This document shows positions 7,884 through 18,097 of a DNA stretch of 64,000 bases, one piece after another. Made by a program: the position numbers and the translations under genes. Location of the stretch: the NCBI GenBank assembly GCA_041476485.1, contig JBGOTO010000001.1, positions 770-64,769 on the forward strand, written 5' to 3'. Numbering within the stretch: position 1 is the first letter of the stretch; the number at the start of each line of letters is the position of its first letter. The notes beneath the pieces are model-generated. The model was not told the DNA's origin and ran no database searches. It saw only the letters and a program-made list of their open reading frames with translations. Source of the DNA: Nitrospirota bacterium. GTDB taxonomy: Bacteria > Nitrospirota > UBA9217.

Positions 7884-10829
7884 TTATGCCCTCACGGGTA
7901 TCTTGATCAGAAAGGTGGAACCCTTTTCTTTCTCGGAAGTGAGCTCAATGGTACCGCCGTGGTCCTTGATGATGCTGTAGCAGATGCTGAGGCCGAGGCC
8001 CGTGCCCTGCGCCGGACCCTTGGTCGTGAAAAAGGGGTCGAAGACCTTGTCCCTGACCTCGGCGTCCATGCCGCCGCCGGTGTCGGAGAAAGCCAGTTCC
8101 ACCTGTCCGTCCGCGCGGCGCACCGTGATAGACAGTCGGCCGCCCTCGGGCATGGCGTCGCGGGCGTTCAGCACCAGGTTGAGAAACACCTGCTGGATCT
8201 GGTCCGGGTCGATCTTGAGCGGAGGCACGTCTTGGATGTCCGTGACGATCTCGATCTTTCGGAAGTTGCGGTCATACCGGACGAGGTTCAGCGTGTTTTC
8301 GAGAATGCCGTTCAGGCTCGTCGGGACTTTCTGGCGCGGGTAGAGCCGGGCAAAGTCGCCGAGGTTGCGGACGATCCGAGCTATGCGGTCCACGTGCTGG
8401 TTGACGGTCGAAAGAGAGCTTTTTACGAAGTCCGTGGCCTCCTCGGCGAGGAGCTCCTGCACGAGCGATGAGATCGAGGCGAGGGGATTGCCGATCTCGT
8501 GCGACACCCCGGCGGCGAGACGCCCGATGGTCGCGTGCTTGGTCGCCCGAAAGAGCTCTTCCTCGATCTTTTTCTTCTCCGTAATGTCCTCGAACACGAG
8601 GACGTGTCCCTTCCGCGCCCCCGTGAGCAGGCTGATGTACCCCTTCAGGACGAGGGCAGGGTCGAAGTTCCGCGTGCCCGTAAACTCGCCTTCGCGGATA
8701 TCGGGGCCGAACAGGCGCGGATCGAGGCATGTGAGGAGCCGGTCGGCCTCCCTCCCCATGGCGACGGACTTCTGCACGCCCGTGATCATCTCCATGGCCC
8801 GGTTCCAGGAGGTGACGCGGTGCGACTCGTCGAGGGTCGCCACGCCGAGGGGAATGCTCTCAATGATGTTCTCGCTGAACTCCTTGAGCATGGCGAGCTG
8901 GCGGTTCGCTTCAGCGAGCTCCTGCCGGGACAGCCTGAGGCTCTTCGAAATCCGGCCGACCGAGTCGGAAAGCCGCGCTTTTTCTTCGTGCGTGAGCACT
9001 GCCGTGTCCTGGAAGATCAGGGCGCTGATGGAAGGGCCGAGCGCCCCGGAAAGGATCCGCTCCGCCTCTTCGCGGAGCCTGGCGAGCCACTGCCCGGTCA
9101 CGGCCCCGCGGGCAAGGCCGTTTTGCCGCAGAAACCCTTCCACTGCGTCACGCGCCTCGGCCGCCCCGATGTACTGTTCGAGGACCGCCTCGATCTCGGC
9201 AAGGCTCTTCGGCCCGCGCGAGGACGCAAAAGGTTCCGGAAAATAGGAATGGACGAAGATCATGGCCTGACGCATCTCCGTGTCGGACTGTTTCGTGAAG
9301 ATCGAGACGGCCACATAGAAGAACAGGTTCAAAAAGAGCCCCCAGAACAGGGAATGGCTCCAGCGGTCGAGCCCTTCGAGTCCGAAGAGCGCTCTGGGGT
9401 CCAGGAATCTCGAGTTGAAGAGTGCCTCCAAGAAGCCGCTTTTGTGGAGGATGCCGGCCCGTGCAAGCGCGGGGATAAGCAGGGTGTAGATCCAGATGCT
9501 GAACCCCGCCAAAATCCCGGCGATCGCGCCCTTGCGGTTTCCGCCCTTCCAGTACAGGCCGAGCAGGAGCGCCGGGGCGAAGATCGTCACCGCCTCGAAG
9601 GACTTGAGCCCCATATCCACGAGGCTGTAGAACTCGCCGATGTACACGGCAAAGAAGTACCCGAGGAAGACGCACCCCATGATGATGAGACGCTTGATGT
9701 TCAAAATCACCGCGGGGAACCCTTTCACGACGTTCATTCTCCAGAGCGCGGGCATGACGAAGCTGTTCATCACCATGGTGGACAGCGCTATGGACTCGAC
9801 GATGATCATGGCCGTGGCTGCCGAGAAGCCGCCGATGAAGGCGATGAGCGCGAACGTGGGGTGGCCCCAGGAGAGCGGGATGCTCAGGACAAAATAATCG
9901 GCATCCTGCTGCGTCCAGCCCAGAAGCAGCCCGCCGAAGGCGATGGGGAGAACAAAGACGTTGATCAGGAACAGGTAGAGCGGAAAGAGCCACATGGCTT
10001 TCTTGATGTGCTCGGGGCTGTAGTTCTCGACCACGGCAACGTGGAACTGCCGCGGGAGAAACAGGATTGCCATCATGGCAAGGAACGTGAGCGATGTCCA
10101 TTCAAGGAAACTCACCGGGGAACCCGGGCCCATCTTCGTAAGATAGGCATAGGGTGAGCGTTCGATGCCGCTGAGAATGTCGCCGAACCCGTCGAAGAGC
10201 CCGTAGGTCACGAAGCAGCCTACGAGGAGGAAGGCGGCGAGTTTAATCGCCGATTCGAACGCAACGGCGAAAACGAGCCCGCTGTGCCGCTCCGAGGCAT
10301 TGAGCTTCCGCGCGCCGAAGATGACCGCGAACACGCCGAGCATGAGCGAGAGAAACCATCCCGCGAAGTGGCCCCCTTCGGGCTTGCCCGAGAGGAGGGA
10401 GAAGGTGGTCATGACGGCCTTGAGCTGGAGACCGAGGTACGGGGTGATGCCGACGACGGCGACGAGCGTCACGAGGGCCGAGAGGGCGAGGGACTTGCCG
10501 TATCGGGACCCGATGAAGTCGGAAATTGTCGTGATCCGGTGTTCCTTAGAGAGGTAAACGATCTTCCGGAGTACGATCCACCACAGGGCGGCCATGAGCG
10601 TGGGGCCCACATAAATCGTGAGGAAACTCAGGCCCGAGTTCGCCGCCTTGCCCACGCTGCCGTAGAAGGTCCACGAGGTGCAGTATACGGCCAGCGAGAG
10701 GGAATAGACATAGGGGTTTGAGACCAGGCTCCTCCCCTGGAGCTCTTTCCGGTCGGCGAAATAGGCCACGGAGAAAAGCAGGACGAGGTAAGCGAGAAGT
10801 ATGGACAGGAGCACCCAGGTTGAGAACAA
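7884..10829 (-). CDS. hybrid sensor histidine kinase with N-terminal sodium:solute-symporter-like 13-TM domain, PAS, HisKA, HATPase (CbrA/CrbS-type)
   Basis: About 480 aa of SSS-like membrane domain, then a coiled coil, PAS (SIPLGVATLDESHRVTSWNRA), H-box HEIGNPLASI, and N/G1/G2 boxes. TTG/GTG start directly abuts the stop of the upstream small ORF. Confidence 0.85.
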   Translation of the reverse strand: MFSTWVLLSILLAYLVLLFSVAYFADRKELQGRSLVSNPYVYSLSLAVYCTSWTFYGSVGKAANSGLSFLTIYVGPTLMAALWWIVLRKIVYLSKEHRITTISDFIGSRYGKSLALSALVTLVAVVGITPYLGLQLKAVMTTFSLLSGKPEGGHFAGWFLSLMLGVFAVIFGARKLNASERHSGLVFAVAFESAIKLAAFLLVGCFVTYGLFDGFGDILSGIERSPYAYLTKMGPGSPVSFLEWTSLTFLAMMAILFLPRQFHVAVVENYSPEHIKKAMWLFPLYLFLINVFVLPIAFGGLLLGWTQQDADYFVLSIPLSWGHPTFALIAFIGGFSAATAMIIVESIALSTMVMNSFVMPALWRMNVVKGFPAVILNIKRLIIMGCVFLGYFFAVYIGEFYSLVDMGLKSFEAVTIFAPALLLGLYWKGGNRKGAIAGILAGFSIWIYTLLIPALARAGILHKSGFLEALFNSRFLDPRALFGLEGLDRWSHSLFWGLFLNLFFYVAVSIFTKQSDTEMRQAMIFVHSYFPEPFASSRGPKSLAEIEAVLEQYIGAAEARDAVEGFLRQNGLARGAVTGQWLARLREEAERILSGALGPSISALIFQDTAVLTHEEKARLSDSVGRISKSLRLSRQELAEANRQLAMLKEFSENIIESIPLGVATLDESHRVTSWNRAMEMITGVQKSVAMGREADRLLTCLDPRLFGPDIREGEFTGTRNFDPALVLKGYISLLTGARKGHVLVFEDITEKKKIEEELFRATKHATIGRLAAGVSHEIGNPLASISSLVQELLAEEATDFVKSSLSTVNQHVDRIARIVRNLGDFARLYPRQKVPTSLNGILENTLNLVRYDRNFRKIEIVTDIQDVPPLKIDPDQIQQVFLNLVLNARDAMPEGGRLSITVRRADGQVELAFSDTGGGMDAEVRDKVFDPFFTTKGPAQGTGLGLSICYSIIKDHGGTIELTSEKEKGSTFLIKIPVRA

Positions 10830-11066
10830 TTAACCGCCGCCCTCTTCTTTTTCCGAGATAATCGTGGCAAGAAAGGTGAGCACGATGAAACCGAGCCAGG
10901 CGAGAAACAGGTACCAGGTCAGGCTATTCCGGAAGATGCTCATGATGGGCCAGGTGAACAGTGCCCCGCCGAGCGCGAATAGAAATATCCAGATATCTCT
11001 TCTCATGTCTGCCTTCCTGACAAGGGGAGTATGGATGCCGGAACGATGAAAATCATGATAACACAA
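10830..11066 (-). CDS. small 2-TM membrane protein translationally coupled to the symporter-kinase (DUF4212-like, inference)
   Basis: 78-aa ORF with two hydrophobic helices; its TAA stop is immediately followed by the TTG start of the kinase. Confidence 0.5.
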   Translation of the reverse strand: MCYHDFHRSGIHTPLVRKADMRRDIWIFLFALGGALFTWPIMSIFRNSLTWYLFLAWLGFIVLTFLATIISEKEEGGG

Positions 11067-11246
11067 TCAATGCCCGAATTCTACAGCATTTTGATTCAAC
11101 GGCCGGGGACGCCCTTGTCGTGCTGAACAAATAAACTTGGTATTGACCAGCCAATTATGTGAAAATTCCCTCGACTGGGGAAGCCAGGCGTGTGATAATT
11201 TCTCCACAGCATAGGCTTATTGTCATAAACAGGATATAATAGTGAT

Positions 11247-11393
11247 TACTCAGGTCAGCTACTTCGCTTTGCGCAAGGCGCGCCGGATAATTAAGGGAAT
11301 TTCGAAGTCGACCACAAGCCCCACCTTGCTTGATGTCCGTGCATCGGTCGCCGCGCGCTTCATTGCGCCTTTGCTCCGCAGCAGACCTGAGTA
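11247..11393. repeat. MITE-like ~147-bp intergenic repeat, copy 1 (TIR tactcaggtc / gacctgagta)
   Basis: About 95% identical to the copies at 23499..23645, 24915..25062 and 46431..46577. 10-bp perfect terminal inverted repeats; internal imperfect palindrome gcgcaaggcgcgcc ... ggcgcgcttcattgcgcc. Confidence 0.85.
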
Positions 11394-11431
11394 GTTACCT
11401 ATAATAAAATTAAAAAAAAATGGAGGGTCAC

Positions 11432-14314
11432 ATGAAAAAGTTTCTATCGGTTTCTCTTGTCATTATGGTTAGTGTTTTCACAGCCGCGGTCTGTACAGCC
11501 GAGCCGCCCACGGAGCCCATCCTCCGGATCGAGACCGGGATGCACACGGCGAAGATCGGGCGAATCGGCGTGGACGACGAAAACCGTTATCTCGTTACCG
11601 CGTCGGAAGACAAGACCGTGCGGCTCTGGGACCTTTCGACCGGCAGGCTCATCAGGATCTTCCGGCCGCCGGTAGGCGAGGGAAATGAAGGAAAGATTTA
11701 CTCAGTGGCCCTGTCCCCGGACGGGAACACCATTGCCTGCGGCGGATGGACGCAGTATGAAAACGGATCGTTCCAGGCGGTGGATTATTTCATCTACCTC
11801 TTTGACCGTCAGAGCGGCGGCGTCATCCGGAGAATCAGCGGACTGCCGAATGTCATTAACCAGCTCGCTTTTTCCCGGAACGGGGGATTTCTTGTGGCGA
11901 CCATGGGCCGGAGCAACGGCATCCGCGTCTACCGCTCTTCCGATTACCAGCAGGTGGCACTAGACGAGGATTACGGAGATAACAGCTACGGCGCCGACTT
12001 CGACGGGCAGGGGAGGCTGGTAACCGCGTCCTATGACGGCTATGTCCGCCTGTACAGCAGTTCCTTCAAGCTGATTGCAAAGATGAAAGCTCCCGGTGGA
12101 AACAAGCCCTTTGCGGTGCGTTTCAGTCCTGACGGCTCAAAGGCGGCGGTTGGATTCGTTGATTCCACAAAGGTGGATGTTCTCTCGGGGAATGATCTTT
12201 CCTCTCTTTTCTCTCCCGACACCTCGGGGGTGAACAACGGCAGCCTGTTCACCGTTTCCTGGTCTTCGGACGGGCGAAGTCTGTACGCAGGAGGACAGTA
12301 TACGAGCGACGGCACCCCCATCGTCAAATGGTCCGAAGGCGGCAGGGGCGCGCGCCGCAACTTGACGGCGGCAAACTCCACCATCATGCATATCCTGCCT
12401 CTGAAATCAGGCGGCATTGTTTTCAGCTCCTATGATCCCGCCTTCGGAATCATCAACGGCAGCGACCAACGCACACTCTTTAAAGCGCCCTCCACTCCCG
12501 ATTATCGGGACAACCAGCAGGGACTGCTGCTTTCTTACGACGGCTCATCCGTCCAATTCGCCTATGAACTCTGGGGCAAGTCGCCGGCTCGTATTTCCGT
12601 CTCCGAAGGGCTTCTTACCACACAGGTCGAAGCGACGAATTCCCAACTCGCCGCACCCGTCTTCTCTGCTCCGGGGATGGACATCACTAATTGGAAGTAC
12701 ACCTACGGTCCCAAACTCAACGGCGTCGAGCTGAAGCTGAAGCCGTATGAATGGTCGACCAGCATCGCCATCGCCCCGAATGGAGAATCGTTTCTCCACG
12801 GCTCGCTCTGGAACCTGCGCCTTTTTGACCGCGTCGGCGCCGAGAAATGGATCGTCCCCGCTCCGGGCGTGGTTTGGGCAGTGAACATCTCGGGGAACGG
12901 CAAAGTCGCGGTGGCGGCATGCGGCGACGGCACGGTCCGTTGGTACCGGATGACGGACGGGAAGGAACTTCTCGCCTTCTTCCCCCATATCGATAAAAAA
13001 CGCTGGGTCCTCTGGACCCCGTCGGGCTACTACATCGCTTCCCCCGGCGGCGAGGATCTGATCGGCTGGCACATCAACAACGGAAAAGACGCCGCTGCGG
13101 ACTTCTTTCCCGCTTCGCGGTTCCGGGACCGGTTCTACCGGCCCGACGTGACCGCGAAAATTCTCGGAACGTTCGATGAATCCGAAGCGGTCCGTCTGGC
13201 GAATGAAGAGTCGGGAAGGAGGCAGCAGGAGGCGTCGATCAAGCAGGCCCTGCCGCCGGTCGTGAGCATCGTCTCTCCTTCGGACGGCGCCGTTGTCTCA
13301 AATTCGCAGATCACCGTCAAATTCACGGTCCGGACGCCGTCCGGTGAACCGGTGACGTCTATCAAGGCTTTGGTGGACGGCCGTCCGGTCGCAGCGGAGC
13401 GGGGAGTCACCATAACCCCGAAAGACGCCGAACAAAGGGAAATCAGTATAACCGTCCCCGAGCAGAACACGGAGGTCTCGATTATCGCAGAGAACCGGTT
13501 TGCGGCAAGCGAGCCGGCAACGATACGGGTCAAATGGCGCGGGAAAAAGCAGCAGGACGAGTTCATCATCAAGCCGAAGCTCTATGTCCTGTCCGTCGGA
13601 GTGAGCAAGTACCAGAACCCCGATCTCACCCTGGGGCTTGCCGCCAAGGACGCCAAAGACTTCGCCGCCACCATGCAGAAGCAGCAGGGAGGGCTTTACC
13701 GCGAGGTGGTGACAAAGGTCCTGACCGATGAAAAGGCGACCAAGGACGATATTCTCGACGGTCTCGACTGGCTCCAGCGGCAGACCACGAGCAAGGACGT
13801 GGCCATGATCTTTCTGTCCGGCCACGGCGTGAACGACCAGAACGGCATCTACTATTATCTTCCGGTGAACGCGGACATCGAAAAACTCAAGCGGACGGGA
13901 GTGCCGTTCTCGGACGTCAAGAACACGGTGGCGTCACTGGCCGGGAAGACGGTTTTCTTCGTGGACACCTGCCATTCCGGGAGCGTCATGGGCCAGCGGC
14001 GCGGGCTGACCGACATCACCGCGATGGTGAATGAGCTTTCGAGCGCCGAGAACGGGGCGGTGGTCTTCGCCTCGTCCACCGGGGGCCAGTACTCCCTTGA
14101 GAAGTCGGAATGGGGAAACGGCGCTTTTACCAAGGCACTCATTGAGGGCATGAGCGGCAAAGCGGACTATACCGGCAAGGGCAAAATCAGCATCAACATG
14201 CTCGACCTGTATCTTTCCGAGCGGGTGAAGGAATTGACCAAAGGTAAACAGACGCCGACGACCACGAAGCCCAGCACCGTCCCGGACTTCCCCGTGGCGG
14301 TGAAGAGGCAGTAA
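11432..14314 (+). CDS. secreted WD40 beta-propeller / Ig-like / caspase (peptidase C14) multidomain protein
   Basis: Signal peptide MKKFLSVSLVIMVSVFTAAVCTA. WD40 repeats such as TASEDKTVRLWDLSTGRLIRIF and GDGTVRWYRMTDGKEL. Ig-like segment PPVVSIVSPSDGAVV...IRVKW. Caspase His-Cys dyad in FLSGHGV (His codon ~13823) and VDTCHSG (Cys codon 13971..13973). The ORF track start at 11420 lies 12 nt upstream; ATG 11432 has a GGAGGG RBS. Confidence 0.8.
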   Translation: MKKFLSVSLVIMVSVFTAAVCTAEPPTEPILRIETGMHTAKIGRIGVDDENRYLVTASEDKTVRLWDLSTGRLIRIFRPPVGEGNEGKIYSVALSPDGNTIACGGWTQYENGSFQAVDYFIYLFDRQSGGVIRRISGLPNVINQLAFSRNGGFLVATMGRSNGIRVYRSSDYQQVALDEDYGDNSYGADFDGQGRLVTASYDGYVRLYSSSFKLIAKMKAPGGNKPFAVRFSPDGSKAAVGFVDSTKVDVLSGNDLSSLFSPDTSGVNNGSLFTVSWSSDGRSLYAGGQYTSDGTPIVKWSEGGRGARRNLTAANSTIMHILPLKSGGIVFSSYDPAFGIINGSDQRTLFKAPSTPDYRDNQQGLLLSYDGSSVQFAYELWGKSPARISVSEGLLTTQVEATNSQLAAPVFSAPGMDITNWKYTYGPKLNGVELKLKPYEWSTSIAIAPNGESFLHGSLWNLRLFDRVGAEKWIVPAPGVVWAVNISGNGKVAVAACGDGTVRWYRMTDGKELLAFFPHIDKKRWVLWTPSGYYIASPGGEDLIGWHINNGKDAAADFFPASRFRDRFYRPDVTAKILGTFDESEAVRLANEESGRRQQEASIKQALPPVVSIVSPSDGAVVSNSQITVKFTVRTPSGEPVTSIKALVDGRPVAAERGVTITPKDAEQREISITVPEQNTEVSIIAENRFAASEPATIRVKWRGKKQQDEFIIKPKLYVLSVGVSKYQNPDLTLGLAAKDAKDFAATMQKQQGGLYREVVTKVLTDEKATKDDILDGLDWLQRQTTSKDVAMIFLSGHGVNDQNGIYYYLPVNADIEKLKRTGVPFSDVKNTVASLAGKTVFFVDTCHSGSVMGQRRGLTDITAMVNELSSAENGAVVFASSTGGQYSLEKSEWGNGAFTKALIEGMSGKADYTGKGKISINMLDLYLSERVKELTKGKQTPTTTKPSTVPDFPVAVKRQ

Positions 14315-14329
14315 GCGGTTCTTCACGGC

Positions 14330-14950
14330 ATGTGGCGCAAGGCTGAAGGCAGAAAAATGCGGCGGTTTATGAGGAACAGCAGGGGAAACATCTACCTCGA
14401 ATTTGCATTGCTTGCGGCGGTGTTCCTGGTAGCGGGCGCGCTGCTTGTCGGCATCCATCCCGCATTCGGACTGCTGGTGCCCATCGGCGTAGTGATCTTC
14501 TTTGTGCCGAACATCCTGTCGGGAGTGGCGTCATGGCAAGACAGACGGAGCTTCCGCCGGCAGCTCGCGTCGGTGGGAAACGTTGAGCGGAACCCTCCTA
14601 TTATGATTAGAAATGAGTTTCGCTGGTCGAAGGCCCAGGCCCTCTGGCTCGACCCCGCACGAGGCGAGCTGGGACTGCTGAACGCCGCAGACGGCCCGTC
14701 AACCAGGACGCTGGATGCGCTTCGCTCGGTGCGGGCCGTGTTTGCCGAAGCCGCCCAGGTGCGGACCTTTCACCGGCAGTATCGCGTTCCTGCGCGTTAC
14801 GCCCTGGTGTTCGACTTTGAGAACCAACCGTCCCTTGAGCTCGTTACGTACAAGAAGCGCGTAGCGGTCCAATGGATCGAAACACTGCGCCCCCATCTCG
14901 GCGGCCGGCTGAACACGGAAGGACTCGAGGCTAAAACCGGAATTCATTGA
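14330..14950 (+). CDS. hypothetical 2-TM membrane protein downstream of the caspase gene
   Basis: Starts 16 nt after the caspase stop; two N-terminal hydrophobic helices and a ~130-aa soluble domain with no motif I recognise. Confidence 0.5.
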   Translation: MWRKAEGRKMRRFMRNSRGNIYLEFALLAAVFLVAGALLVGIHPAFGLLVPIGVVIFFVPNILSGVASWQDRRSFRRQLASVGNVERNPPIMIRNEFRWSKAQALWLDPARGELGLLNAADGPSTRTLDALRSVRAVFAEAAQVRTFHRQYRVPARYALVFDFENQPSLELVTYKKRVAVQWIETLRPHLGGRLNTEGLEAKTGIH

Positions 14951-15262
14951 AGCGGTCCCGTCCGGTTTGCCGCCAAAATCTTGTATTGGAGGAGGTTCGC
15001 ATGCGTAAATGGTCAGTAGCAGCCTGCAGAACGCGAACGGCCATGATTACGACAAAATGGAAGTCGAGCATAAAAAGACAGGGGAAAAAGCAGTTTTTTA
15101 TTTTAACGTCGATATGCCGTATAGGTGGCTGAACAAGAAACTTCAATAGTATAAGGCCGTCACCGTGAGGAATGCAGGGCTTTTTCCTTTACATTTCGTT
15201 CCCTTTTATTGTATAAACCCAATGTATCTCCTGACCCTGTTTTGTCCTTTCCGAGGTTTTTC

Positions 15263-16039
15263 ATGATTCTCGTAACCAATGACGACGGCGTATACTCCCC
15301 CGGCATCCAGATTCTCGCCAAGCGGCTCCGCGAACTCGACCAGGTAACCATCGTCGCCCCGGACCGCGAACGGAGCGCGGCGGGCCATTCCATGACGCTT
15401 CACCGGCCGCTCCTGATCGAGGAGATCAAGGAATCGATCTACAGCGTGAACGGCACGCCCACGGACTGCGTGAACATCGCCGTCAAGGGTCTGTTGAAGG
15501 AGGAGCCGAAACTCGTGGTCTCGGGCATCAACAAGGGACCGAACCTGGGAGATGACGTCACCTATTCCGGCACGGTCGCCGGCGCCATGGAAGCAACGCT
15601 GCTCGGCGTCCCGTCCATCGCGGTGTCGCTCGTCGCGCGGGAAGAGTTCCGTTTTGCCGAGGCGGCCGAAGTGGCCTTTCGCACGGCGATAAAAATATTC
15701 GAACAGGGGCTTCCGAAGGGTACGCTCCTCAACATCAACGTTCCGAACCTCCCGCTTTCCGAGATCCCGGGCACGCTCATCACCCGGTTGGGCAAGCGCA
15801 TTTACCATCAAATGACCGTGGAGCGCGTCGATCCGCGAGGTAAGAAATACTATTGGATCGGCGGCGGCGAGCCGGACTGGGAGCGGGAAGAGGGCACGGA
15901 CTTCGACGCGGTCGGCCGGAACATGGTTTCGATCACGCCGTTGCATCTCGATTTCACGGACTATTCCTCCTTCGACAAGCTTCGGTCCATGGAAACCATG
16001 ACGTTTGTTCCCGCGGCGCCGCACCGGAGCGGCGAGTGA
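15263..16039 (+). CDS. surE: 5'/3'-nucleotidase SurE
   Basis: [19 protein letters not shown] ... [19 protein letters not shown] are canonical SurE motifs. The ORF track start at 15209 lies upstream of the conserved N-terminus. Confidence 0.9.
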   Translation: MILVTNDDGVYSPGIQILAKRLRELDQVTIVAPDRERSAAGHSMTLHRPLLIEEIKESIYSVNGTPTDCVNIAVKGLLKEEPKLVVSGINKGPNLGDDVTYSGTVAGAMEATLLGVPSIAVSLVAREEFRFAEAAEVAFRTAIKIFEQGLPKGTLLNINVPNLPLSEIPGTLITRLGKRIYHQMTVERVDPRGKKYYWIGGGEPDWEREEGTDFDAVGRNMVSITPLHLDFTDYSSFDKLRSMETMTFVPAAPHRSGE

Positions 16040-16680
16040 TCAATTACGAAGTGGCGCGCGGCCGCATGGTGGACGAGCAGATTACGGCGCGGGGCGTCAA
16101 AGACGAACGGGTCCTTGCGGCGATGCGCACGGTGCCGCGCCACGAGTTCCTGCCCGAGGCCATCCGCGGCATGGCGTACGAGGACAACTCGCTTCCGCTC
16201 GGCGAGAGCCAGACCATGTCCCAGCCTTACATGGTGGCGCTCATGACCGAACTCCTGGAACTCACGGGAACGGAGCGGGTGCTCGAGATCGGGACCGGTT
16301 CCGGGTATCAGGCGGCGGTACTCGCCGAACTGTGCGAAAAGGTGTATTCCGTCGAGCGCATCAAGCCGCTCGCGGACAAAGCCAGGGCCGTGCTCGACCG
16401 GCTTGGCTACCGGACCGTCGCGATCAAGGTCTACGACGGCACGTACGGCTGGAAAGAAATGGCGCCCTTTGACGCTATCATGGTGACGGCGGGCGCTCCC
16501 GACGTTCCCGCGCCGCTCGTTCTGCAGCTCAAGGAAGGCGGACGGATGGTGGTCCCCGTGGGAGACCGGCAGGGGCAGGCGCTCCTGAAAGTCGTCAAGA
16601 CCGCGGAAGGCGTCGTTGCCGAGCGAAGCATCCCCTGCACCTTCGTGCCGCTCATCGGCAGCCACGGGTGGAAAGAGTAA
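16036..16680 (+). CDS. pcm: protein-L-isoaspartate O-methyltransferase
   Basis: [35 protein letters not shown] (SAM motif), classic surE-pcm pairing. The GTG start at 16036 overlaps the surE stop; ATG at 16066 is an alternative. Confidence 0.85.
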   Translation: MINYEVARGRMVDEQITARGVKDERVLAAMRTVPRHEFLPEAIRGMAYEDNSLPLGESQTMSQPYMVALMTELLELTGTERVLEIGTGSGYQAAVLAELCEKVYSVERIKPLADKARAVLDRLGYRTVAIKVYDGTYGWKEMAPFDAIMVTAGAPDVPAPLVLQLKEGGRMVVPVGDRQGQALLKVVKTAEGVVAERSIPCTFVPLIGSHGWKE

Positions 16681-16734
16681 CGATTTCGGATTGTAGATTA
16701 CCGATTGCGGATTGAAATGGCGAGGGGTAGTGAA

Positions 16735-17328
16735 TTATTCCTTCTGCTTCATGATCTCTTCGTTCCCGAGCACCTGATATAAGATTGACAGAGCCAGCCC
16801 AATAGCCGTTCCCAATATCACTCCCACAAGAACATCCGCAGGATAATGGACCCCAAGATAGAGGCGGGAAAAAGCAATGGCCGATGCGAGCAGTAGGGGA
16901 TAAAATCTCCATATGAGCTCGATATACCAACGGGTAAGGTAAAAGAGGGGCGCGGCAAAGGCAAAAGAGGATATTGCATGGCCTGAAGGCATGGAGAAGG
17001 ACTTCGGGCATGCGACGATGAGCCTCAGCCCCTCGAGAGCGCGGCATGGCCGCGGACGCGCTACGGCCTCTTTGACGATCTGTTCCATCCACCCCGCAAG
17101 GAACACCGAACAGCAGGCAAGCACGAGAGTCACCAGCGCTGCTGCTAAAAAGGTTTTTCCCCGGGTGTTCTTCTGTTTTGCCGACCGCAAGAGCATGGCG
17201 AGGAGAAAGGGAATGATCAGGAGATACCCGCGCTCCGAGAGGGCAGGCATGAGAATATCGAACAGCCCGTTTACGGTCCCGTGATTGATGAGAAGCAGGA
17301 GCTGCGTGTCCAGGGACTGTATGGTCAT
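16735..17328 (-). CDS. PAP2-family phosphatase (undecaprenyl-diphosphatase-like)
   Basis: Motifs KxxxxxxRP (KEAVARPRP), PSGH and SRxxxxxHxxxD (SRLYLGVHYPADV); 6 TM. Confidence 0.75.
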   Translation of the reverse strand: MTIQSLDTQLLLLINHGTVNGLFDILMPALSERGYLLIIPFLLAMLLRSAKQKNTRGKTFLAAALVTLVLACCSVFLAGWMEQIVKEAVARPRPCRALEGLRLIVACPKSFSMPSGHAISSFAFAAPLFYLTRWYIELIWRFYPLLLASAIAFSRLYLGVHYPADVLVGVILGTAIGLALSILYQVLGNEEIMKQKE

Positions 17329-17342
17329 GATTGCCGGCGCTG

Positions 17343-17681
17343 CTAGGCGCTCGTTGCGCCGCACTTGACTACGTGCGTGTCGCTTATTTCAATGAGCCCT
17401 TTTTCAACGATCGATGTAAGCTCCGCCAGGATGACGTTTATCTTTTCCTCCGTGTCCACGACTTCGATCTTGACCGGAAGGGTGGTGGAGAGTTCCAGTA
17501 TCTTCGTGGTGTGGAGCTTGCCTTTGATTCCGTAACCCGCAACTCCGCGGAACACGCTTGCCCCGGCGATTTTCCGCAGCGCCAGGACGTCCAGAACCGC
17601 TTCATACACGGGCTTGCCGTGGAGCTTCTCGGTCTCGTCTACATATATGGTAAGTTTCTTTGCCGGTCCGGGTTTGACCAT
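17343..17681 (-). CDS. DUF190 (PII-like) protein, usual partner of CrcB
   Basis: 112 aa, immediately downstream of crcB on the same strand. Confidence 0.7.
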   Translation of the reverse strand: MVKPGPAKKLTIYVDETEKLHGKPVYEAVLDVLALRKIAGASVFRGVAGYGIKGKLHTTKILELSTTLPVKIEVVDTEEKINVILAELTSIVEKGLIEISDTHVVKCGATSA

Positions 17682-17725
17682 GGTGGATTCCTTTCATAAC
17701 GCGTGCAAGATTGAAAGCCCACGCG

Positions 17726-18097
17726 TTAAATACTCTTCGCTATGACCTCGCCGAGCTTCAGCGCAATGAAGCCGACCAGGACACTGAACACGACGTTCAA
17801 TCCAGCGATCAGTAACTCGCCGTCTTTCAGGAGCGTACCGGTTTCGTATTCGAACGTGGAGAACGTGGTGTAGGCGCCAAGAAATCCGACCACGAGGAGC
17901 AGCCTCCACTGAGGGTTTATCATAAAGCGCTCTGCGAAGAGCGTCATGAGCAGACCGATGAGGAAGCTGCCGCTCACGTTAATGATAAACGTGCCGAGAG
18001 GAAAGCTCCGGCCCCACCGTTCTCCGATCCAGACCGCCAGAATGTAGCGGGCGATTGCGCCAATGAAGCCGCCGACGCCGATAATCAAATAATTCAT
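17726..18097 (-). CDS. crcB: fluoride ion channel CrcB/FluC
   Basis: MNYLIIGVGGFIGAIARY ... GFLGAYTTFSTFEYE; 4 TM, 123 aa. The track ORF 17726..18997 is an artefactual upstream extension. Confidence 0.85.
   Translation of the reverse strand: MNYLIIGVGGFIGAIARYILAVWIGERWGRSFPLGTFIINVSGSFLIGLLMTLFAERFMINPQWRLLLVVGFLGAYTTFSTFEYETGTLLKDGELLIAGLNVVFSVLVGFIALKLGEVIAKSI

Noticed and set aside
15001-15132. 43-aa highly basic ORF with GGAGG RBS
   Set aside because: No homology signal and an Arg/Lys-rich composition; it could be a leader peptide or chance. Not enough support to call it a gene.
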